A stretch of DNA of 63,465 bases, filler included, from Octopus bimaculoides (lineage: Eukaryota), in NCBI RefSeq assembly GCF_001194135.2. It is 7 parts of 7 records of this genome, joined end to end, with 100 filler letters (N's around TTAATTAATTAA, not from the genome) between each part and the next. Parts side by side here need not be neighbours in the genome. Positions count along the whole stretch, not along the records: positions 49,445 to 55,020 come from NC_069010.1; positions 55,121 to 61,178 come from NC_069008.1; positions 61,279 to 63,465 come from NW_026376886.1; 4 more parts are not named here. One strand, given 5' to 3'. This document shows, piece after piece, positions 53,212-63,465 of the stretch. Below the pieces are notes generated by a model. The model had not been told where the DNA came from. It searched no databases and saw only the letters and a list, made by a program, of their open reading frames with translations. The translations under genes were made by a program, and so were the position numbers. Within the stretch, counting starts at the first letter, position 1. Each line of letters starts with the position of its first letter.

Positions 53212-53403
53212 GTCTCCCAGCAAGAAACAGCAGAAGCTGTCAAGATCCGAAAACGACAAACATTCGAGCAAGTCCAGTAGCAAATCGAAGAAGGATTCCA
53301 AGGACAAATTCTCCAAGCGAGAGAGTTCGAGGAAAAGGGCCACGGAGTCCAGAGAGAAGGACTCTCCCAAGATTCAACCCCTGCTGGTCGATTTGACCCT
53401 CAA
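53212..53403 (+). CDS. SR/RS-rich protein, exon d
   Basis: ttctttctcgaAG acceptor; RSPSKKQQKLSRSENDKHSSKSSSKSKKDSK...KIQPLLVDLTLK; GTAAGT donor (or TAA stop at 53405-53407 if unspliced). Confidence 0.7.
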
Positions 53404-53469
53404 GTAAGTAGACTCTCTTCTTTCCCCTGGATGTTGCTACATCTATCAGCAGATGTATGTATGTATCAC

Positions 53470-53950
53470 CATCACCATATCATCATCATCATTTAACGTC
53501 TGCTTTCCATGCTGGCATGGGTTGGACGGTTTCACTGGAACTGATGAACCGGGGAAGTGCACCAGGTTCCAGTCTGATTCGGCATGGTTTCTACGACTGG
53601 ATTCGCTAACGCCAACCACTCCGAGAGTGTACTGGATGCTTTTTACATGCCACCTGCACAACCTGGCAACGGCCATGACTACCATTTTGCTTGGCTTGAG
53701 AAGTCTTCTCAAGCACAGCATATTGCCAAAGGCCTCAGTCACTTGTCATCACCTCTGTTAGGCCCAATATTGAAAGACCATGCTTCCCCACCTCATCCCA
53801 TATCTTCCTGGGTCTAGTTCTTCCACGGGTTCCCTCTGCAGTTAGAGACCAGCACGTCTTTACACGACTGTCTTCATCCATACACGTCACATGACCATAG
53901 CGGCGCATATGTCTCCCTTGCACTACACATCTGATGTCCCTTATGCCCAT
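53470..53950 (-). mobile_element. RTE LINE 3' coding end plus family C 3' UTR
   Basis: RRYGHVTCMDEDSRVKTCWSLTAEGTRGRTRPRKIWDEV followed by the family C sequence and an (ATG)n tail. Confidence 0.75.
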
Positions 53951-54892
53951 ATATANNNNNNNNNNNNNNNNNNNNNNNNNNNNNNNNNNNNNNNNNNNNN
54001 NNNNNNNNNNNNNNNNNNNNNNNNNNNNNNNNNNNNNNNNNNNNNNNNNNNNNNNNNNNNNNNNNNNNNNNNNNNNNNNNNNNNNNNNNNNNNNNNNNNN
54101 NNNNNNNNNNNNNNNNNNNNNNNNNNNNNNNNNNNNNNNNNNNNNNNNNNNNNNNNNNNNNNNNNNNNNNNNNNNNNNNNNNNNNNNNNNNNNNNNNNNN
54201 NNNNNNNNNNNNNNNNNNNNNNNNNNNNNNNNNNNNNNNNNNNNNNNNNNNNNNNNNNNNNNNNNNNNNNNNNNNNNNNNNNNNNNNNNNNNNNNNNNNN
54301 NNNNNNNNNNNNNNNNNNNNNNNNNNNTATATATATATATATATATATTGTGGTGCCACTCACTTTGCCAGTTCCTGTCAAGCTGTCCAACCCATTCTGA
54401 CAGGGAAAGCTGATGTTAAACATTGATGATGATGATGATGATGATGTGTGTCTGCTCCATCTATGTGCAGGACTTTCCATATCTCTAGAACACTTTCAGA
54501 ATTCTTCAAGACAAGTCCGTTGTGTGTGTGGTACCATAGGCAAGTGTCATCTACCATGGCCCCAGGCAACAAAAGCCTTCTGAGGGAATTTGGTAGACAG
54601 AAGCTGAAGGGACCCTGCTCTGTGTGTGTGTGTGTGTGTATCAGAATGGCACAGCTGTTTGTATGTTGAATGGTGAATGGGCACAGCTATTTGTATGTTG
54701 ACTGTAAATTCACCCTGTTTTGGCAACAGCACTTTTTGTGCAGGAAAAAATACAGATGCACACATGCACAGAATATACACATACAGGGAGAGAAAGAAAC
54801 ATTAAAATGTCTACAGTTCTATATTTAAGAGATGAGGAATTATTTACATTATTTACCTTTGATGGATATTTGTCCTCATCTTTTTTGTTGTT

Positions 54893-54938
54893 AACACAAC
54901 GTTTCGGCTGATATACCCTCCAGCCTTCGTCAGGTGTC
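54893..54938 (-). ncRNA. Minimal type I hammerhead ribozyme (Penelope-like element type)
   Basis: Minus strand: GACAC-CTGACGA-a-GGCTG-gagggtatat-CAGCC-GAAACGTT-GTGTT; palindromic AACGTT stem III, GUU site. Confidence 0.65.
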
Positions 54939-55020
54939 TTGGGGAAATTTCGAACCTGGGTTCTCATTCCTAACGATGTTACTATTATTATATTATTATT
55001 ATTATTATTACTATTATTAA

Positions 55021-55120
55021 NNNNNNNNNNNNNNNNNNNNNNNNNNNNNNNNNNNNNNNNNNNNTTAATTAATTAANNNNNNNNNNNNNNNNNNNNNNNN
55101 NNNNNNNNNNNNNNNNNNNN
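55021..55120. other. Synthetic 100-nt join spacer
   Basis: 44N-TTAATTAATTAA-44N. Confidence 0.95.
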
Positions 55121-55267
55121 TATATATAAAAGTTATTAAGGGTATTGGAGTCAACCAAACCCTAAAGGTACAGGTAATACTGAGTAAGTGCTGTATACCA
55201 ACTAGTTTTGCCCCAGATGTGGTTGCAACATGAATGGGGAATATAACCTAGGTCGTGTATTAACGTG

Positions 55268-55391
55268 TGTATGTATAAAGAAAGAAAAGGATAAAGAGAC
55301 CAATGACAAAGTTAGAAATATATTTTATGGATAAAATATAATTCTAACTTTGCCATTGGTCTCTTTATCCTTTTCTTTCTTTATACATACA
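55268..55391. repeat. Near-perfect 124-bp palindrome (61-bp arms, 2 mismatches, 2-nt centre)
   Basis: Left arm 55268-55328 equals the reverse complement of 55331-55391 except at two positions. Confidence 0.95.
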
Positions 55392-55759
55392 TACACACAC
55401 ACACATATATATATATATATAATGTCAAAATATAATACTTGGCATTGTGATAAGAATTTTGCTTCTCAATCACATGGTCCCAGGTTCAGTCACACAGTGT
55501 GCCGTGTTGCACAAGTGTCTTCTACTATGGCCTTGGGCCAACCAAACCCTTGTGGGTGGACATGGTAGACAGAAACTGAAAGAAGCCCATCCTATATATG
55601 TCTGTGTCGTAAGAAGCATGCTTCCCAACCACATGGTTCCGGATCCAGTCCCACAACGTGGCACCTTCAGCAAATATCTTGTACTATAACCTCGGGCCAA
55701 CTAAAGCCTTGTGAGTGGATTTGGTAGATGGTAACCGAAGGCTTGTGAAGACCTGTTGG

Positions 55760-56124
55760 GGCAAGTGAAAGCGAAATCGTGATGGCACCGTTGCCTTCCT
55801 GGCACTTGTGCTGGGGCACATGTAAAGACATTCGAGCGAGATTGTTGCCAGTGCCACTGGACTGGCTCCTGTGCAGGCGGCACCTAAAATACACCATTTC
55901 GAGCGTGGCCGTTGCCAGTACCGCCTGACTGGCCTTCGTGCCGGTGGCACATAAAAGCACCCACTACACTCTGCTGAGTGGTTGGCGTTAGGAAGGGCAT
56001 CCAGCTGTAGAAACTCTGCCAAATGAGATTGGAGCCTGGCATGGCCATCTGGTTCGCCAGTCCTCAGTCAAATTGTCCAACCCATGCTAGCATGGAAAGC
56101 GGACGTTAAACGATGATGATGACG
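55760..56124 (+). mobile_element. Family C RTE-tail-related element
   Basis: Near-identical to 29110-29430; ends catggaaagcggacgttaaacgatgatgat. Confidence 0.8.
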
Positions 56125-56641
56125 ACTAATGGGATCCATGATGCTCTGCAGCACCGATGGAAGAAGAGTGTGGACCACAAAGGGGAGACTATATTCAAAA
56201 ATAAAACTCATTGATCAGATTCCATGAGAGTATCTTGGTCAGCTTTTGAGCTTTTGAGTAAACACTTGAACCACGTTAACAATTAGTTAGAGAGACTCTG
56301 ATTACCCCTTGTGTCGGGATAGTCTGAGGTTTGATCCTGCTTTCAAATGGAGAAAAATAAGTATGTTAGTAAAGCCACAAAGGAGGTTATGCGGCTTTTT
56401 CATATGAGTGACCTCCCCCTCCCCCACCTCTTCAATGACCACTTGACCTCTAAATATGAAGAGGTCACTCATGTTTATATTTAGTTACTCCATCCTGTCT
56501 CCGGTTAATAATCGCATTTCATGTTTTCTTTGTACTCAGAATGTGTGTATGTCTGTGTGTGTGTGTGTGCATATATGGCAGAATGTGTCTGTGTATGCGT
56601 GTGTATCTATCTGTGTGCATATATGTTAATGCATGTGTACG

Positions 56642-56704
<63 letters not shown>

Positions 56705-57109
56705 CTGTATGTGTATATGTGCATGTGTGTGTGTGTGTATATAAATATATATCTGTATGTGCATGTGTGTGTATATATATATATATGTATGTGTAACTTT
56801 CTGTGTGCATAAGCATACATGTGTGTTTCAATGCGTGTGTGTATGTGCTTGTATGCACACGTTTACATGTGTATATTTATGCATGTTCATGTGTATATGT
56901 ACGTATGTTCTCAAGTGCGTGTGCTTGTGTGCGCAAACTTATGTGTAAATATATCCTTAAGTATGTGTGTGTATGAACATAAGTAGATACTCACACACAC
57001 ACACACACGGACACACACGGACACACACACAGGCACTCATGTAGGCATGCATAAAGAATTAAAGAGATAAGTGCTTTTTTTTCAAATAATGTTTCCCAAA
57101 TATATTCCT

Positions 57110-57545
57110 ATGGCTCAGGAGTGGCCTTGTGGTAAGAAGCGTGTTTCCCAACCACCTGGGTCCAGGTTCACTCCTACTCCTTGACACCTTAGCCAAGTGT
57201 CCTCCAATATAGCCACAGGCCAACGAAAGCCTTGTGAGTGGATTTTGTAGACAGAAAAAAAAGGGCAGTAGCTGTGGAGGCACAGGAGTGGCTGTGTGGT
57301 AAGTAGCTTGCTTACCAACTACATGGTTCAGGGTTCAGTCCCACTGAGTGACACCTTGGGCAAATGTCTTCCACTATAGTCTTGGGCTGACCAAAGTTTT
57401 GTGAGTGGATCCGGTAGACGGAAACTGAAAGAAGCCTGTTGTATGTGTGTGTTTGCGTGTCTGTGTTTGTGCCTCCAACATCGCTTGACAACCGATATTA
57501 GTGTGTTTACATCCCCGTAACTTAGCGGTTTGGCAAAAGTCAAAA
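57110..57545 (+). mobile_element. Two tandem SINE family A copies
   Basis: Two successive caggagtggc..tgtggtaag heads. Confidence 0.75.
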
Positions 57546-57878
57546 ACACAAAGGGAAAAGTACAGGGAGATAAGGCCTGCTGTCCCCTACCCCTCTCTCC
57601 TCCTTCCACGTGACCGGTAGCCAGTCAGCCATGATGTATCATTCTTGGCCTGACTGCGGACCACCAACACCTCTTATGTCCATCTCCCATGTCCCTGCCT
57701 TTAGGCTTTCACTTCTTACACTCCAGCTCAATTTGATTCGTTCTCAGTGTTGTTTGTGTTTGTAATTGTGTACCATGTTCTCCATTTTTTTTGTTGTTGC
57801 TGTACACATTCGTTAGCTTTCTGACAAAAGAATCTAATGTTCTTAGCTGAGACATTTTTTGAGGGGCAACCAGATCGA

Positions 57879-57945
57879 ACTATCTCAAGTGTAACTGGCC
57901 GAAATAGTAAGGACTTCTGGTAACTTGACTGATGAAGGAAGGCCA
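57879..57945 (+). ncRNA. Hammerhead-like motif with non-circular strand order (copy 2)
   Basis: ACTAT-C-TCAAGT-gtaact-ggcc-GAAA-TAGT-(14 nt)-ACTTGA-CTGATGA-aggaaggcc. Confidence 0.6.
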
Positions 57946-58490
57946 CAAATGACCCGTCTTTTTTGCCTGTTCTTCTAATTGTTGTTTCTCTTGTTCACCT
58001 TTTTATCGTCTATCTGTCCGAATATTTCATTGTCTTCTGTTCTGTTTTGTTCCAGTTCATATATATATATATTATATATATATATATAATTAATGAAAGG
58101 ACATACCAAGTATGTCTACCTACTTAGTATGTCCTTTTGATAAATTTTAATCCCTCAGCTATTTAATGCTATTTTTGGGGGCCTGCTGTCGCCTGTAGCG
58201 TTGATTCTGTTATTATCATATTTAAATTAGTAACATTGGATAATAATAGAATTAACGATACCTTTGTAAATTAATTTTAATAAATTATATATATATATAT
58301 TGTGAAGTATATTTGCCACTTAAATGTGGCTAACCCTTAAGGGCTGATGCTGCTGTAGCCCCGGGAAGACATCTCCTCCAGCTGCCTATTGACATACCTT
58401 CTGTGTCCTGTCTGTATTTGCAAAGGGAAGTCATCCTTCCCATCTCCAACCTGACATGATACACATGGACCTGAGTTTCTGGGTATCCAC

Positions 58491-58524
<34 letters not shown>

Positions 58525-58735
58525 ACACACACATATGTATGTATGTACATGTGTGTATGAGTGTATATGTGTGTGTGTGTTTGCATATGTATGTGTGTAT
58601 ATGTGTGTGTGTGTGTGTGTTTGCATATGTATGTGTGTATATGCATGTGTATATGTATGTGTAAATATGTGTATGTGTGTGTGGTTGTATATATGTGTGT
58701 GAGTATATGTGTGTGTGCATGTGTGTGTTTGTATG

Positions 58736-58767
<32 letters not shown>

Positions 58768-59178
58768 AGAGCAATGTCCTCAAGTGGAGAGTTAAAGTGC
58801 TCATGACTTCTCTACAATCTTTAAGTACACGTGTATGTGTCTTTGTGTGTGTGTGTGTGTGTGTGTACGTGTGTGTGTGTGAGTCCGTTCGTCCATGTAG
58901 CAGAACAGCTTCAGCTGTGACCTACTAACACACATGCGCACATATTCACTCACACACGTATGTGTACATGTCAGTGCATGTGTGTGTGGGTGTGTGTATG
59001 GGAGTATACACGTGTTCTTTTTATTGAGTTTAACAGAGAGGTACCAGCCACACGCACCCACATTCACCCACACAAACACACACAGATATAGATATACATG
59101 TACATAAATACACACATACACATATATATACATATATGTATACCTACATATATATATATATACATATATCTATATATG

Positions 59179-59212
<34 letters not shown>

Positions 59213-59213
59213 C

Positions 59214-59214
<1 letters not shown>

Positions 59215-59244
<30 letters not shown>

Positions 59245-59405
59245 GTTTAACGTCCGCTTTCCATGCTAGCATGGGTTGGACGATTTGACTGAGGACCGGT
59301 GAAACCAGATGGCAACACCAGGCTCCAGTCTAATTTGGCAGAGTTTCTACAGCTGGATGCCCTTCCTAACGCCAACTACTCAGAGAGTGTAGTGGGTGCT
59401 TTTAC
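59215..59405 (-). mobile_element. Family C element 3' end (into gap)
   Basis: Reverse complement of 55760-56124. Confidence 0.75.
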
Positions 59406-60255
59406 NNNNNNNNNNNNNNNNNNNNNNNNNNNNNNNNNNNNNNNNNNNNNNNNNNNNNNNNNNNNNNNNNNNNNNNNNNNNNNNNNNNNNNNNNNNNNNN
59501 NNNNNNNNNNNNNNNNNNNNNNNNNNNNNNNNNNNNNNNNNNNNNNNNNNNNNNNNNNNNNNNNNNNNNNNNNNNNNNNNNNNNNNNNNNNNNNNNNNNN
59601 NNNNNNNNNNNNNNNNNNNNNNNNNNNNNNNNNNNNNNNNNNNNNNNNNNNNNNNNNNNNNNNNNNNNNNNNNNNNNNNNNNNNNNNNNNNNNNNNNNNN
59701 NNNNNNNNNNNNNNNNNNNNNNNNNNNNNNNNNNNNNNNNNNNNNNNNNNNNNNNNNNNNNNNNNNNNNNNNNNNNNNNNNNNNNNNNNNNNNNNNNNNN
59801 NNNNNNNNNNNNNNNTTTAATTACAATTACTATGGTTATAAATGTTCGTACATATTTGTATTGTCCTTTGAAACGTGCATATGTATTGAATCCAATTTTG
59901 TATTAAATCTAATTTTAGTTTAACATCTTTTTTTCCTCCATTTTTTAATACTTGTTTTATGGTATATTTATACCTGTAATGATATTTTTTAACTATAAAA
60001 AGGCGCAGGAGTGGCTGTGTGGCAAGAGAGTACCAATTCTGAGGGTGTAGGAGGTATGTGCCTGTGAGACGCTGGGATGAGGGACAGCAGTGTCAGGTAC
60101 CTGATATATATGTGTGTATATAACAGGCCAAAACTGTAGTGGTAATTGGAATCTTGACTGATGAACAGAAAGCTCTGAATGTTCTGTCCGTCCTTGTATA
60201 GTCCATCTGTTTGTATGTCTTCATTGTCATCCGTTACGTCCTTATTCCATTTTTT

Positions 60256-60295
<40 letters not shown>

Positions 60296-61081
60296 CAAAT
60301 AGTAAATAAGTATATGCATATATATGTACAGGTATGTGCATACCGACATCCACCTGTATGTATAAGTGCATATCTGGGTACAGGACATTGCAAACAAAAC
60401 GTAGACGAGAAAACACAAGCCACATAGAGAACATTCTTCTTCATCAGCTACCCCTGTTATATATATATATATATATTTCGGTTTCCATCAACCAAATCCA
60501 CTCAGAAGGCTTTGGACGGCCTGAGGCTATAGTGGAAGACACTTGCCTAAGGGTGCCATGCAGTGGGACTGAACCTGGAACCATGTGGTTGGGAAGCAAA
60601 CTTGTTACCACACAGCCATACTGCCTTATGTTTTACAAGAAAATTCAGAGAATTTCACGTTTTGGCATCGAGGTCCATGTTTGGTGATTGTCATGTGTGG
60701 AGTGTCTTTGTAGATTTGCTGGATCAAGAAATAACATGAAGCTAAACAACAATATGTGTGAGTACAGTAACCAATGTAGTCCTAGATACACTTATGCCTG
60801 AAGTAAATGAGAACGTCAAAGCTGGAACATCTGTGATTGTGGATCTACTGGATCAGGACTGACCTGTGGCTAAAAAACAACGAGGAAGGACACATTAGAT
60901 AGTGTAGTCCTAGATACACTATGCCTGTATGACAGATGGGATGGGCATGGCTGGAACAACAACAGCAGCAATCTTGGCAGGCAGACAGGCGAACAGACAG
61001 GAAGGCAGACTGACATACATGCAGGCAGTCAGACAAGCAGAGACTGCTGGGAATCCCCAGTTGCCACAAGGAACAGCAGGT

Positions 61082-61115
<34 letters not shown>

Positions 61116-61178
61116 GAGAGAGAAAGGAAGAGAGAGTGAAGGAGAGAAAGAGAGAGGAGAAGGTAAGGTCATAGTGAC

Positions 61179-61278
61179 NNNNNNNNNNNNNNNNNNNNNN
61201 NNNNNNNNNNNNNNNNNNNNNNTTAATTAATTAANNNNNNNNNNNNNNNNNNNNNNNNNNNNNNNNNNNNNNNNNNNN
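61179..61278. other. Synthetic 100-nt join spacer
   Basis: 44N-TTAATTAATTAA-44N. Confidence 0.95.
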
Positions 61279-63016
61279 CTAGAAATATTCAGTTTCATGG
61301 AAAAAGAACAAAAGAAATTGACACAGATTCTCCAAATCCAATCTTTTAGTGGCACAAGTTAAGATTTGTAAGATATTCCAAAAATTCTCCATGTGAGATT
61401 CTTTAGGTGAATAGATACACACACTTGGGTGGATGCATCGACCATTCAACCAACACACCAACTCAACCACATATTTACAAATACCAGGAACTCTCTCTTG
61501 TCACCTCGTTAGTGACTGACTTGAACTTAAAGAAAACTGAAAGAAAAATCAAAACCCTACATCCCTATACAACAAGCTTCTTTCAGTTTCCATTTACCAA
61601 ATCCCTTCACAAGGCTTTGGTCAGCCTGGAGATACTTGCTCAAGGNNNNNNNNNNTACACAGTGGGACTGAACCCAGAACCACGTGGCTGGAAAGCAAGC
61701 TTCTTACCACACAGCTATATGTGTGTGTTTGTAAGTTTTGTTGTTGCGCAGACAAGTGGAGCTAAAGAATAGATAAAATCAGCAATTTCTTACATTTTAT
61801 GTATTAATTATTAGATATCAATGTCAGTTTTGTCACCAGCTTTCTTGTTTAATATCATTGCACTACATCATCATTATTTCATTATTACCGCTAANNNNNN
61901 NNNNGTGTGTGTGTGTGTGTGAGTATAAATATATATGCAGACACACACATCTATGTATATATATGTCCAACCCATGCTGGCATGGAAAGCGGACGTTAAA
62001 CGATGATGATGATANNNNNNNNNNNNNNNNNNNNNNNNNNNNNNNNNNNNNNNNNNNNNNNNNNNNNNNNNNNNNNNNNNNNNNNNNNNNNNNNNNNNNN
62101 NNNNNNNNNNNNNNNNNNNNNNNNNNNNNNNNNNNNNNNNNNNNNNNNNNNNNNNNNNNNNNNNNNNNNNNNNNNNNNNNNNNNNNNNNNNNNNNNNNNN
62201 NNNNNNNNNNNNNNNNNNNNNNNNNNNNNNNNNNNNNNNNNNNNNNNNNNNNNNNNNNNNNNNNNNNNNNNNNNNNNNNNNNNNNNNNNNNNNNNNNNNN
62301 NNNNNNNNNNNNNNNNNNNNNNNNNNNNNNNNNNNNNNNNNNNNNNNNNNNNNNNNNNNNNNNNNNNNNNNNNNNNNNNNNNNNNNNNNNNNNNNNNNNN
62401 NNNNNNNNNNNNNNNNNNNNNNNNNNNNNNNNNNNNNNNNNNNNNNNNNNNNNNNNNNNNNNNNNNNNNNNNNNNNNNNNNNNNNNNNNNNNNNNNNNNN
62501 NNNNNNNNNNNNNNNNNNNNNNNNNNNNNNNNNNNNNNNNNNNNNNNNNNNNNNNNNNNNNNNNNNNNNNNNNNNNNNNNNNNNNNNNNNNNNNNNNNNN
62601 NNNNNNNNNNNNNNNNNNNNNNNNNNNNNNNNNNNNNNNNNNNNNNNNNNNNNNNNNNNNNNNNNNNNNNNNNNACACATACATATGCTTATATATGTGC
62701 GTGTGTATTTATTTTGGTTCAAAGTACCTATGTATTTATATGTAATTAAGATAAGCAATTTCCTATTAATGTTATTATTTATTTTTGTAGAAATTCTATC
62801 GTAATGACTACTCTAATCATTAAGTATTATCAAGTAACTTTGTTTAGCAAACATTTGCTTTACAAACATATCCAGAAAGTAATGTTTGTCTCAATGTACA
62901 CCCATCCCTTCTCTGTCATAGCAGCCATCTTTTACTTCAAGTAGTGCAGTTTGATAACTATTAGTCCACTCTATGCTTCTCTCCTTCTCCCTTTTTCAGA
63001 TCAATCCTTCAGCATT

Positions 63017-63465
63017 TAATCTTTTAACATTCAGATTACTTCGTCAAATGTAATACTTATTTATTCATCATCAATTTCAATTAATCATGCATTACCTCAG
63101 ACCTNNNNNNNNNNAGGTTTCAATGGTGTAATTGCATAATTTTAGAATGACATTGTAGGGTAGGTGCAAGACACCAGATCTGACTGGTTTGACATACAAT
63201 AGGTAGAATATTTGGGTGGGATATGGCCAGTGTAACCCTTTAGCATTCAGATTACTCTGTCAAATGTATTGCTTATTTATTCNNNNNNNNNNCTTTAGCA
63301 TTCAGATTACTCTGTCAAATGTATTGCTTATTTATTCACATTATTTTGAATTAATTTTGCATTATCTCTGAGCTTCTGGATTTCAATGATGCGATTGTTT
63401 GTTTTTGAATGTTCAGGTGTGAGAGGCCAGATCTGACTAGTTTGAACATAAAACAGGTAGAATAT
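63017..63465. mobile_element. Tandem copies of a piggyBac-like (TTAA-CCC) MITE
   Basis: Repeated (t)taaccctttagcattcagattactctgtcaaatg starts at about 63017, 63232 and 63293, with shared ccagatctgact...ggtagaatat; broken by small gaps. Confidence 0.45.

Noticed and set aside
47943-53403. SR gene apparently nested in the 5' intron of the Ig gene
   Set aside because: A synthetic spacer at 49345-49444 separates them.

Overview
Eukaryotic (animal) genomic DNA, most likely an octopod cephalopod. This is inferred from the dense tRNA-derived SINE families, extreme microsatellite load and a GC-expanded 18S fragment. No prokaryotic features or CRISPR are present. Six identical synthetic 100-nt spacers (44 N + TTAATTAATTAA + 44 N) cut the window into seven pieces, and all three gene models are truncated within their pieces. 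The gene fragments are ALG13 (three exons, 27789-29599, +), a three-Ig-domain lachesin/IgLON-like gene (four spliceable exons, 47943 to 36633, -) and an SR/RS-rich protein (four exons, 49981-53403, +). The rest is repeats: several SINE families, R4/Dong-like, RTE, CR1-like and Penelope-like retroelement fragments, Tc1/mariner, hAT and piggyBac-like remnants, a 23-bp minisatellite, long palindromes and an 18S rRNA pseudogene fragment. The most notable signal is a set of hammerhead-ribozyme-like motifs. Two of them (50528-50590 - and 57879-57945 +) have the three hammerhead strands in a scrambled, non-circular order, with different sequences but stems I and III preserved in exact register.
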